From Pecten maximus (lineage: Eukaryota), in the NCBI RefSeq assembly GCF_902652985.1, contig NC_047027.1, forward strand, positions 37,696,001 to 37,760,000: a DNA stretch of 64,000 nt, read 5' to 3'. Numbering within the stretch: position 1 is the stretch's first letter; each line of letters opens with the position of its first letter. The position numbers and the translations under genes are program-made. Under the pieces are notes generated by a model that was given only the letters and a program-made list of their open reading frames with translations, was not told the origin of the DNA and did not search any database. This document shows, piece by piece, positions 40,655 through 53,300 of this stretch.

Positions 40655-41267
40655 TCTAGGTCACTGACACCCTTTATTCTAGGTCACCTACATGCTTTAT
40701 TCTAGGTCACTGACATATTTACTCTAGGTCAATTACATGCTTTAGTCTAGGTCAACAACATGCTTTATTATAGGTCAGGGCTTTTTCTCACTGGTTTGGG
40801 ATGGGGCCTTTTTGTCTCATTTTGGGAAAAAAATTGATGAGTTGGGAAAGATTTTTTCAGGAGTAAACAGCAAATTTTAGGAATTTGGCTTAAACATGAA
40901 ATAATTTCAATTGGGAATGAGGCCCATTAACGGCCCCAAAAAGCCCTCAGAAAAAAAACTATAGGTCAATGAGATTCTTTATTCTAGGTCAACGACATAT
41001 TTACTCTTGGTCATTGACATGCTTTATTCTAGGTCAATGACATGCTTTATTCTATTTCACCAACATATTTACTCTAGGTCAATGACATGCTTTATTCTGG
41101 GTCACCAACATATTTACTCTAGGTCAATGACATGCTTTATTCTAGGTCATTGAATGCTTTATTGTAGGTCAACAACATGCTTTATTCTAGGTCATTGACA
41201 TGCTTTATTCTAGGTCGACAAAATGTTTTATTCTAGGTCATTGACATGTTTTATTCTAGGTCAACAT
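40655..41267. repeat. Minisatellite, 23-bp unit, split by a MITE
   Basis: CTTTATTCTAGGTCAATGACATG units on both sides of 40776-40959. Confidence 0.92.
40776..40959 (+). mobile_element. hAT-like MITE inserted in the 23-bp array
   Basis: Begins CAGGGCTTTTTCT and ends in a degenerate AGAAAAAAAAC; TATAGGT on both flanks is compatible with an eroded 8-bp TSD; two more copies in the window. Confidence 0.7.
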
Positions 41268-41414
41268 GCTCAACATCCCATTAACCAATGATATGTGTTA
41301 CATTATTTAACGGGTCATTTTCCAGGTGTGTGTTTTTCAAAATATTTATATCTGTTCTAGAAATAGCAAAAAAAAAACGAAAATAAAACCTTAACAGAAT
41401 TATTATCTTCTTCA

Positions 41415-41862
41415 TAATAGGTCATCAAAAATAGGTCACTATGTCATTTAATTAGGAAGTTTAAATTTACAATCTATTGCTTTATTCTACAAATGTAGGT
41501 AAATATGAAGTCATTTACATGTTGATAGGTCACTGTGACATTTAATTAGGAAGTTTAAATTACAATCTATAGTTTTACTCTACAAATGTAAATATGAAGG
41601 TATTTATAACATGTTAATAGGCCACTGTGACATTTAATTAGGAAGTTTAAATTACAATCTAGCTTTATTCTACAAATGTAACTATGACAGTATTTATAAC
41701 ATGTTAATAGGTCACTCTTCTGCTGCAGTAGGTCACTGTGTCATTTGTCTGTAAGAATATATAGGTCACTGTGTCACTCTTCTGTCAAAGTAGGTCACTG
41801 TGTCATTTGTCTGTAAGAATATATAGGTCCATGTTTCACTCTTCTGTTAAAGTAGGTCACTG
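41415..41862. repeat. Compound tandem repeat (~95 bp x3, then ~62 bp x2) with a TAGGTCACTGTG core
   Basis: ATAGGTCACTGTGACATTTAATTAGGAAGTTTAAATTACAATCT x3; GTAGGTCACTGTGTCATTTGTCTGTAAGAATATATAGGTC x2. Confidence 0.85.
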
Positions 41863-42699
41863 CATCATATTATTTACAGCTGCCCAGGTATGGGTATTAT
41901 ATATGGCACCAGTGTCAAAGTTTACCTTGGAAATGAGATCGAGATGACTCACCGACCAGGTACTTACTGTCGGTAATGCTTGTGAACGTGTAATGAGACA
42001 ATTCAGAGGATGGGAGATCCAATTTTCGTGTAAGAGTTCATTTTCGGCTCCTGGTTACCCAGCTGACAAATTCCTCCTGGAATACGTCTGTAGCCACAAA
42101 ATGTAGAGTAATCAATCAAAAATTATTACCATGACGATGCCCAACTGGGTCTCATAGCTCTGTTCCATTCGTCCGTTGACTCTTTTTGACACATTAGGCA
42201 TGTCACCATTAAAATGTAGATCCTGTTCTAACAATGGCAAAGGTGAAACACTTTGAAAAAGAAGGCATCATTTCATTGTATGTTTAATAGTATTGGAGCA
42301 AATTTATTATTATCAAAGCAGGTTTTAAGAACAAGCTCCAGTTTAGCTGTTTACATGTTAGGGAAAGGTAGCTATGGTAAAGAAGTGAGAGAAAAGAAAA
42401 AAGAAAGAAACATCTGAAGGAATTCGAAGAACAATATAAAAGGAAGTGACATCACAAGACTTTTTAGTCAGCATTGCCATTCAGTGGGAAGTTTTTCCTC
42501 AACTCTTCAAATAAACAAATTTTTGAAACTGAGGTCAAGATTTTCTTCAGTACGGAGGTCTTAAAAGGGCCCCAAAATTAAGTTGTTGAAGAATGTAGGT
42601 CATATTTAAAGCATTAAAATGATGTCTTTCCTATGATTCTCTATTTATTCTATAATTATATTTCTTAATGAGATGAAATTTTACTTATGAACAATATTA

Positions 42700-43072
42700 T
42701 TTTTGACATTTTGATGGTCGATCTAGACAGGTTTTTTTCCTGTAATACAGGGACTTTTGACATTTTGATGGTCGCTCTAGACAGGTTTTTTCTCTGTAAT
42801 ACAGGGACTTTTGACATTTTGATGGTCGCTCTAAACAGGATTTTATCCTGTAATACTGGGTCTTTTGACATTTTGATGGTCGCTCTAGACAGGTTTTTAT
42901 CCTAAAATACCGGGGCTTTTGACATTTTGATTGTCGTTTTAGAGAGGTTTTCATCCTGTAATACTAGGACTTTTGACATTTTGATGGTCGCTCTAGACAG
43001 GTTTTTATCCTAAAATACCGGGACTTTCGACATTTTGATTGTCGTTTTAGAGAGGTTTTTATTCTGTAATAC
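42700..43072. repeat. Minisatellite, 54-bp unit, ~7 copies
   Basis: TTTTGACATTTTGATGGTCGCTCTAGACAGGTTTTT(A/T)TCCTGTAATACAGGGAC. Confidence 0.95.
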
Positions 43073-43676
43073 TAGCTCACACAGCTGTATTGACTGAGTG
43101 ACATGAGAAAAACCAGCTTTTCTCAGACAATTTTCATCCTGAGTTCCTCTTTGTCATCATGGAGGATGAACGGTTTTGGAAAATCTGATCTGACGCTTGT
43201 GTCATGTTGGTTAATAGATTTAGGTGCAGGGAGACCATGTGACAAGTTATTGAGAAAGTGATTCCCTGAAAGCATCCTACGGGACAGCCGGAGGCAGAGC
43301 AGAGTACCTTCCAAGTCACAAGTGTTTATTGGCAGACACGAGGAAATATGTCTCGGACAGATTGCACAGGAAAATCTGGCTCTTACTCTGTGTAGCCATA
43401 TACTATCAGAGCTGAAACAATTTAAGCCAACAAGCCATGTGAAGAATGTCTGACAGAAATTTCATCAGTCTTCATTGATTAGCCCGGGGAGACCTGGGGT
43501 CACGATCATTACACCAGACATACAATACTCAGGAGCTCGACTCCACCACTGGAGGTAGTAAAGCTGACAGGTCATTTATGCCTTTTGCTGAAAAATTTGA
43601 AAAAATGAAACTGCTTGTTATAGGTCACTTCTCTAATTCAAATTTCTTTATTTGTGTTCCTTTAAAAAATTTTGAA

Positions 43677-44028
43677 TAATTGTGATCGCAAATTTTCTGC
43701 AGTTGTCTCCCTTTACGAAATCTTAGATATTTGTAATTGTAAATTTTCTACAGTTGTCTCCCTTTACAAAATCTAAAATAATTGTAATTGTTAATGTTCT
43801 GCAGTTGTTAAACTTTACAAAATCTAAAATAAGCGTAATTGTAAATTTTCTGCAGTTGTCTCCCTTTACAAAATCTAAAATAATTGTAATTGTTAATTTT
43901 CTGCAGTTGTCTCCCTTTACAAAATCTAAAATAATTGTAATTGTTAATTTTCTGCAGTTGTCTCCCTTTACAAAATCTAAAATAATTGTAATTGTAAATT
44001 TTCTGCAGTTGTCTCCCTTTACAAAATT
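43677..44028. repeat. Minisatellite, 51-bp unit, ~7 copies
   Basis: AATTGTAAATTTTCTGCAGTTGTCTCCCTTTACAAAATCTAAAATAATTGT. Confidence 0.95.
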
Positions 44029-44878
44029 TCTTGTAGTTGATGATTGTATAATATAGATGTGGAATGCTGTTATTTCTCCACAATGGTTACAGCCTAGTTA
44101 CTTACATCATCTTTATATAAATATTTACATGGTGATAGAGATATCATAACTGGAGATGTTTCTGATGAAGATAGAAATGAACAAGAATCAGGTGATGTGA
44201 ACAAAATTGTCCAAAGGATCCTAGAGTTGAGTTTAAGATATCTGTATGGAATTTTGATACATTTCGTATATTTTTGATATTTTTCGGGGTATATGGTTCT
44301 AGAAGGCTATGGTTCAACTAATGTAGTCATGCAGAATATAGGTCAAGTTCTCCGAAAAAATTGTCCAAACACAGGGATGTCTTCTAGCCTGGATTCAGTT
44401 TCTGAAAAAGAGCCAATCACATCCAATTGTTCATAAAATATAAAACCTGAGACAAGAGCTTCCTCTGTAACACAAAAAAACAATGACATATAAATAGGAA
44501 AGAGCACTGTAGATTGAGATCCAATTAATTTATTTACGATCGCTAGCACACGACTCGCTAATCTCCATCATTTAGACCAGTATAGGAGGCGTGACTCGGG
44601 GGCTGCTTTGATCGCAGGCATAACGGAACCATAACTGTCTGTGCTCATCACTGGAATATTTTTTTTGTATTTTGTTAATGGTTGTGTTAAAAGCCTGCAG
44701 CCAGGCTAGGAAAAGAATATTTTGGTGTTTAAAATTATTTATTTAATTCACAGGTATATATATATAATTATTTGATGAGAACTCAAACATGTCACTGGGT
44801 CTGTGAAACCCTTAATTGCACACAAGTAAATATTGTCACAAACCAAATACTCCGCAAACTCATAAGATAACAAAGGTT

Positions 44879-45076
44879 ATGGTTTATTTGGTTTATTTTG
44901 TTTAATGTCCTATTAACAGCCAAGGACATTTAAGGACATGCCAGGTTTCGGAGGTGGAGGAAAGGCAGAGTGACCGGAGAAAAACCACCGGCCTACGGTC
45001 AGTACCTGGCAACTACAGAGGTGGAGGGCTAGTGATAAAGTGTCGGGACGCCTTAACCCCTCGGCCATCGCAGCCC
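44879..45076 (-). mobile_element. tRNA-derived V-domain SINE (family A) with the B-box region deleted
   Basis: Reverse complement of the 32808 element; GGCAACT is joined to ACAGAGGTGG, removing ~30 bp that include the B-box. Confidence 0.9.
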
Positions 45077-45252
45077 TGATTGCCCTGAGGAATTTAATTA
45101 CAAAGGACTTAAGGGTATATGCTACCTTAATTGTGACATATGTCCCTTCATTATGAAAGAGTTCCTCACAACAATATAAAAGTTGTTTTGTAATAGGTTG
45201 AAAAGTATTAATAAAGGCTTTGTGAAAGATAGGTGTGTATACATTTATTACG

Positions 45253-45992
45253 GTACATGTGTGGCCTTTATACACAGTTATTTACTGTACAGGTGTGACC
45301 TTTATACACAGGTATTTACTGTACATGTGTGGCCTTTCTACACATGTTCATACTGTACAGGTGTGACCTTTATACACAGGTTCATACTGTACAGGTGTGG
45401 CCTTTCTACACAGGTTCATACTGTACATGTGTGGCCTCTATACACAGGTTCATACTGTGCAGGTGACCTTTATACACAGGTTCATACTGTACAGGTGTGA
45501 CCTTTATACACAGGTTCATACTGTACAGGTGTGACCTTTATACACAGGTTCATACTGTGCAGGTGACCTTTATACACAGGTTCATACTGTACAGGTGTGG
45601 CCTTTCAACACAAGTATTTACTGTACAGGTGTGGCCTTTTGACACAGGTATTTACTGTACAGGTGTGACCATTATACACAGGTTCATACTGTACAGGTGT
45701 GATCTTTCTACACAGGTATTTACTGTACAGGTATTGCCTTTCTACTCAGGTATTTACTCTACAGGTGTGACCTTTCTACACAGGTTCATACTGTACAGGT
45801 GTGGTCTTTCTACACAGGTTCATACTGTACAGGTGTGGCCTTTCTACACATGTTCATACTGTACAGGTGTGGCCTTTCTACACAGGTTCATACTGTACAG
45901 GTGTGACCTTTATACACAGGTTCATACTGTACAGGTGTGGCCTCTATACACAGGTTCATACTGTACAGGTGTGGCCTTTATACACAGGTATT
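45253..45992. repeat. Minisatellite, 34-bp (2x17) unit, ~21 copies
   Basis: CTGTACAGGTGTG(A/G)CCTTT(A/C)TACACAGGTTCATA. Confidence 0.97.
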
Positions 45993-48361
45993 TCCCTGAG
46001 AGACATGAAACTAAAAAATATACATGTATAAAGAATATTGCTAATTCATTTTAAATATATACAAATTGGGTTGTTTTTTTTATAAATTGATTTTTTAACT
46101 GCAGGAAGAAAAATTGTCCCTCACCCTGACACCTCTCAAGTTAAAATGATGCGAAATCTTTGTCCCTCCGACACATCTCAAGTTAAAATGATGCGGAATC
46201 TTTTTCTCTCATTGCGGACATTTCTAAGTTAAAATGATTGCTTGTTGGCTGATGGGTCTGCTATGTGTTGAGTGATTTGAGAAGAATCTGCTGGCCTTGG
46301 CCGATGGAACTAAGGGGTCCTAAGGTCCCCATATTTGTAGAGAATTGACACTAGGAGGAAATTGATATCTGGGCATTAATCCTGGTTGCCTTTGACATGG
46401 GTTTTGACAGGACAAACACTGCCGATGTGCTCAAAGTAAATACCGTTTGAGGGTCGCGCCTTCGCGGCCATGTCTATATTGGCACTCAAGGCGAGAACTC
46501 TTTCACTGACAATGAAAGTGATAAATGGCGTAAGGCTACTAAGCTCAGACAGTGGAGGACAGTGTTGACATAAATTGTATGTTATAGATAATATTGGTTC
46601 CATCATTAACGACCATACAGCTACATTTGGAGTTGTTGGACTCCATCATATACGATTGATGAGGGAAACATGCATGCTCCCTCATTTAAATTGAAGACAA
46701 TATTTTCGTGATTTGTGTATACAAATATTTAGAGAAGTTGACAAGACTTTCAATGGTTGTTGATTAATTAGCATATATATTTTGATGCAGTGGAATCATC
46801 CTGTCAGAAGATAAATCACAACATTGTGATCAGAATCTTTTGTAGGCTTCATGATCATGAGCATACTTCAGATATCTGCTCTGAGCTTGAACTTGTAAAT
46901 ATATGTTTGTAAAAAAAAAAACTTTCGCAGTTTAACATTAGAATATACGACTGCTGTCTGTACATACTAAATGCTATCGCACATATGCCATTAGCTGAAA
47001 ACAAATATTAATGTTTTTTCTGTATATAAATGGAAGCTTTGTCTCTTAACTAGGGATTACAATATCATAAATAAGTGTCAAATGTCACTAGTGTTCCTGT
47101 AGAAATTTTTTAAAGTAAAACATTTATTTTCATTCAAAATAAATGGTCAGAAAACAATTAAGAGTTAATATGTTTTATTCCTCTAGCTAAATTTTTAAGT
47201 AAAACATTTAAAATATATAGTCAGAAGATTTTAAAGACTTAATACGTTTCATTCCTCAAACTAAAATTTTTAAGTAAAACATCTATTGAAATTTAAAATA
47301 TATTGTTGGAAGGTTTTAAAGAGTGAATAAGTTTCATTCCTCGAACTCAAATTTTAAGTAAAACATCTATTTGAATTTAAAATAAGAATTAATATGTTTC
47401 ATGAAACAAACTACATAGACTAAATATATATATAATAGTATGTATAATGTAGATGAATTTATCTTGTCACCAGTACTTACTTACTTCTGTAAAACTTGTA
47501 AAGTTACTGGAGATTTTAATTAATTCTTACTCAACCTTTTTCACCTGTCCAAGATAGCGGAAAACAAAATCTAGCTTTTTTTGTATGTTAAATAGCTAAA
47601 ACAAACGGTACGGTACAGTTTTTCACTCATCAACTTTCTACAGCAAAATTTTCCAGAAATGTTACTGATGACTAGATAAAAGTTTACCATTTGGAATGAG
47701 TCATTTTTTTCTCCCTGAGCTGATTGCAAAAGCAATTTCAGGCCCTGAAGGAGTGGATCGTTTAATAGTTTCATTTACCATGCCTATAGCTGCCACTCTA
47801 CAGTTGCTAAATTTGGGTTGCTTTCATGAACGTTGCTCAAGCATTTCTTCCTTTTTTTGTAAAAGTTTATTTTATTAAAATTTGTCCTGGATGCTCTGGG
47901 ACTGATTACTGGAAGCTGTTCTATTGATTCTACTGTAATTTGAAATTTTATTAAAATAATTGGGAATTGATAAAGATTTTATTGGACTTGAGAATGACAA
48001 TGTCAGCTTGGAATTGAGAAATATTGATGTGATTATCATTTAAACTAGTGATACAATAACCGAAAAAAACATTTCTACTTGAAATAGAATTAAACAACAT
48101 CTCAATCAATTTAAAGTAGAAACAATATCTAAGCTTTGGATGGAAATAAAATCAATTTAAAGTAAAAACAATATCTAAGCTTTGGCTGGAAATAAATGAC
48201 ATCAGCTTTTTATGGGGTTCTTTGAACAGTAAACAAAGTCAAGTACGCCATGATGGGCAGTACATTCAGATGTCACTACATACCTAGTTTGGTGTGTTGG
48301 TAGTCAGTATCAGGTTTCGACAGGTGTGATATATATACACCTACAGGTACATGGGTGTATA

Positions 48362-49460
48362 TATGGTCAAAACAAGTGTGGTTATAACAGGTGTGGTTAT
48401 AACAGGTGTGGTTATAACGGGTGTGGTTATAACGGGTGTGGTTAATACAGGTGTGGTTATAACAGGTGTGGTTATAACAGGTGTGGTTTTAACAGGTGTG
48501 GTCAATACAGGTGTGGTTATAACAAGTGTGGTTAAAACAGGTGTGGTTAATACAGGTGTGGTCAATACAGGTGTGGTTATAACAGGTGTGGTTATAACAC
48601 AGGTGTGGTTATAATAGGTGTGGTTATAACAGGTGTGGTTATAACACAGGTGTGGTTATAACAGGTGTGGTTATAATAGGTGTGGTTATAACAGGTGTGG
48701 TTATAACAGGTGTGGTTATAACAGGTGTGGTTAATACAGGTGTGGTTATAACAGGTGTGGTTATAACGGGTGTGGTCAATACAGGTGTGGTTATAACAGG
48801 TGTGGTTATAACAGGTGTGGTCAATACAGGTGTGGTTATAACAGGTGTGGTTATAACAGGTGTGGTCAATACAGGTGTGGTTATAACAGGTGTGGTTATA
48901 ACAGGTGTGGTTTTAACAGGTGTGGTCAATACAGGTGTGGTTATAACAAGTGTGGTTAAAACAGGTGTGGTTATAACAAGTGTGGTTATAACAGGTGTGG
49001 TTAATACAGGTGTGGTCAATACAGGTGTGGTTATAACAGGTGTGGTTATAACACAGGTGTGGTTATAATAGGTGTGGTTATAACAGGTGTGGTTATAACA
49101 CAGGTGTGGTTATAACAGGTGTGGTTATAATAGGTGTGGTTATAACAGGTGTGGTTATAACAGGTGTGGTTAATACAGGTGTGGTTATAACAGGTGTGGT
49201 TATAACGGGTGTGGTCAATACAGGTGTGGTTATAACAGGTGTGGTTATAACAGGTGTGGTCAATACAGGTGTGGTTATAACAGGTGTGGCCAATACAGGT
49301 GTGGTTATAACAGGTGTGGTTAATACAGGTGTGGTTAATACAGGTGTGGTTAATACAGGTGTGGTTATAACAGGTGTGGTCAAAACCGGTGTGGTCAAAT
49401 GAGGTGTGGTCAAAACAGGTGTGGATAAAACAGGTGTGGTTAAAAATAGGTGTGGTTAAA
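48362..49460. repeat. Minisatellite, 15-bp unit, ~70 copies
   Basis: ACAGGTGTGGTTATA with variants …GGTCAAT, …GGTTAAT and occasional 17-bp ACACAGGTG units; source of the TTPVI/TGVVI pseudo-ORFs. Confidence 0.99.
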
Positions 49461-52400
49461 TTGAAACACCTGTTGGAGACAGGTTTGGTCATCAACAAGT
49501 ATGCACAGTTTCATACTTTGTATTTAATGCAAAACTGATCCAGACATTGTACAGCTGTATTGTTTCAGCCATACTTTGCTTGAGTGTGTTTAAAAATCAG
49601 CCATGTACAAAGTAGGAATCATCGGTGTCCCTCAAGACGTGTCAGAAAGGTTCGGCACAATTCTCTGTATGTCAGAGGAATAATACAACTGAGCAACGTT
49701 ACTTATTCATGGCCCATCACTGGAAAATGTGATGCAGGCTTAGCTAATAAAGGGATGGAAAGTAAATAATTGAATGTGTTGGTGAGAGATATAGTCGTGT
49801 TTTAGACTCGGTACTGATACAAGTATTGATATGCTACCAATACGTGTGGTCATTGCGGTATTTGCCAAATGGCAGCGTTAATCGAATGTTGATAACAAAG
49901 GTACTAGCAGGTTATGCATGATGTATAAAGCATATATATCTGTTGTCTTTCCTCAAGGATGTGTTGGCGGAAAAGTCACGCATATTGATCTTTGTTCCAT
50001 GGACTATGATTGGGTAATTAGTAGAAAGCAGATTTTGTAGTTGTCACTTCAGAGTAGGTTGGATCGTTACGAAAATTTGTATAAAAATCAATTAGGCTCG
50101 GTCCATTACTTGTCACTGTAGCTCATAATATACCTCTACTGGGTAAGAACACTGCCTTGCTGTTTTTATGACACTTCATGACATATAAATATAATACTGT
50201 CTGTCCATTACAATAAATCAGACGGAGCAATTTCAAAAAAGGAAGAGTGAAGAGTCCGCAGTGTTTAAGATATCTTCCAATAAAAAAAATACTTAACAGA
50301 TATTCTCTCCCTTCAGAGCTATATATAGTCGACTTCTACCAATTTGATTAAGACTGCCATACAATATGTTTCCTGCTTTAAAGAACAAACCATTTTTAGA
50401 CCATTCCCCCAATCCTGTTTTAATGAATGTTCTTTAACTTGCAGAATATTTCTAACTTCAGCATGGAAATTAGGCATTATATACAAGAGTCAGGAAAATT
50501 CCTCCAGTACTTTAGAGCTCAGTAACAAAATGAGAAATTTTATTAAATTTTCATTAAATCAGAGGTTAGGTTTCCAATATAAATATAGCAAAATACATGT
50601 AGTGACTATGGGATAAAGGGAGATAACTGATGCAATTTTCACTCAGGGGAGATAATTAATGACATTAAGGGAGGTAACTATTGTAAACTAATATATAATT
50701 TATAACTGTCAACAAGGGAGGTAATTTAAAGTAAATTACGCTTAGATAATGTAATTGAAACTACATCAATATAAAAGGAAGGTTATGAAAGGTTCATTAA
50801 TGTCTAAGAGAATTAAGTTTGTAAATTTTAAAGATGAATGGATATTAGAAGGAGATCGTAAATGTCACAGCAGGGGAGGTAATCTGTGTCAGAATATTTT
50901 TGGAGCATCATGGAAAAGCTATTACTAGGGGCTATTACAGGAAGTAATGGTGGTGTGCTAGGAGTAACAAGTCTGCTCCTATTTCAGTGAACAATGGGAG
51001 GATTTGGATTCTGTTTAAACACAAATATGGTGTTAACAACTATAACAGATTCCTATTGAAAAAACATCAACCCGCTCAATATCTCCTGTTTGTTTACTTT
51101 AAACAAATTGCATTCCAAACTTTAAATCGATTGATTTTCTAGTGTTTAAAATCTGTGTGAAAAGAGATCAAATGGGTTTTCCTGTGTAGACAAATTTGAT
51201 TCTTTAATGTTATTCTTTCGGTTCGAACTAATCAGTAATTCTGGCAGAGATCCAACATAAAACAGATGGATTTTTACAATTCTAGTGAATCCCGGTAAAG
51301 AAAATAACAGTTAAATGTGTATGTGTCCACATGAACATTTTTGGTAATGATTCTGTTTTTGCTATAATGGATCCTACTGTTTAGATAGCCTAAAGCTTCT
51401 TTGTATACATATTGAATAAAAAAAAGTTTTAAAATACTTAAAATTACTGATCTCCAGCCTTTAACATTTCCTGTATCTGGGTTTTTGTAAAACTTTCTAA
51501 TACAAGGTCGTGTTAACAGGGATCAAGGGAGTTAACTAATGATATTTTTCAGAGATCAGGGGAGATAATTCTGGATGAATTTATATCACTAGGAGTAATC
51601 AAAGTTAAATCAGATCGGAGATCGATAAAAATTTAGCATAAATTAAAACTGATGAATTTGATGATTATCAAGGGAGATAATACAGATTGATATTAAGGGA
51701 GATAATTATGTTCATTGAGATCAAGGGAGATAATTAAGATTGGCATCAAGGGAGATAATGATGTAGATTGATATTTCTAGAGATATAGGCCTTCTTCGAG
51801 CGTCAACTGCATGCAGACTGTTCCTTCTTATGTGATTACATATTCGTATAAACAACAACCAATCATTGCCATGCTTCCAAATTGTCACACATATGCCCAA
51901 ACAAAGTCTAGTTGCTTTGGACCAAGTGGTTGAGCAAAGTCTACTAGACATTTATATGGTAACTTCTTGTTTCTTTATTTACACATTAAACCATTAAGTC
52001 ACTAGAGTACTAGTAGATGCTTGCCATTAATTTGAGATTGAAATCAAGGAAGATCATTCACTCTGCAATCAAGGAGGGGTTAATGATGCACATTGAAATA
52101 AAAGAAAATAATCAAATTAAGGATGGTAGTCACTGAAATATTTGAAAAAAAGTAAGTATAGAATATTGACAGGGCCTAAATGTCAACTTAGATATAAACA
52201 GACTAAGATGATTAGGAGGAGAAATAATCACACATTGAGCATGTCTCTGTCATTACACAAGCAGATTAGCTTTACAGAATTTCCACAGATAAAAAAGGTC
52301 ATTCCTTGATTAATGAGTTTATAAATGATGAAACTGTGGTTGTAATGTAATATTAGTAATTACCTCCCTTCCCATGAGCTCTCCAGACTGGTAGCTTCCA

Positions 52401-52637
52401 AAATGGCATCTCCAAATTCAATGAAGGGGGAACAAATATACAAAATGAACCTCAACAAAACAGATAATAGAAAATTACTGATTTTTTATCAGAATTAACG
52501 ATTTGTTTTAAAAATGTTTATTTATTTCATCACCCCATGATCTTGAACAGCCAGTGTCATTTTGAGGTGGATTCCCCTTGTTGTAGTTAGTGACTACCTC
52601 TCTGAACAACATATAAGACTTAATATAATAAAAAAAA

Positions 52638-53300
52638 AACACCTGTGTAATCTCAACAGTTTTGTTACCTGGACACCTGTGTAATCTTTAAACGTGTGTT
52701 GTCTAGACACCTGTGTAATTTGGAAACCTGTGTTGTCCGGAAACCTGTGTTGTCTGGAAACATGTGTTGTCTGGAAACCTGTGTTGTCTGTAAACATGTG
52801 TTATCTGGACACCTGTGTTGTCTGGACACCTGTGTTGTCTGGACACCTGTGTTGTCTGGACACCTGTGTTGTCTGGACACCTGTGTTGTCTGGAAACCTG
52901 TGTTGTCTGGATACCTGTGTTGTCTGGACACCTGTGTTGTCTGGAAACATGTGTTGTCTGTAAACCTGTGTTGTCTGGACACCTGTGTTATCTGGAAACC
53001 TGTGTTATCTGGATACCTGTGTTGTCTGGACACCTGTGTTGTCTGGACACCTGTGTTATCTGGATACCTGTGTTGTCTGGAAACATGTGTTGTCTGGACA
53101 CCTGTGTTGTCTGGATACCTGTGTTATCTGTAAACCTGTGTTGTCTGGATACCTGTGTTGTCTGAACACCTGTGTTGTCTGGAAACATGTGTTGTCTGGA
53201 AACATGTGTTGTCTGGACACCTGTGTTATATGGATGCCTGTGTTATCTGGAAACCTGTGTTGTCTGTAAACCTATGTTATCTGGAAACCTGTGTAATCTC
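52638..53300. repeat. Minisatellite, 17-bp unit, ~38 copies
   Basis: ACACCTGTGTTGTCTGG (reverse: CCAGACAACACAGGTGT). Confidence 0.98.

Noticed and set aside
43127-43190. Candidate exon after the acceptor-like CTTTTCTCAG
   Set aside because: The phase-1 frame reaches TGA after ~20 codons with no good donor before it
26228-53269. Long repetitive ORFs (TTPVI, NLTPYRLQHIGQINLS, TQTKTQTPVF, CCLDTCVVW etc.) resembling mucin-like or Cys-rich proteins
   Set aside because: They coincide with minisatellites, are often open in several frames and on both strands, are broken by unit indels and lack splice signals
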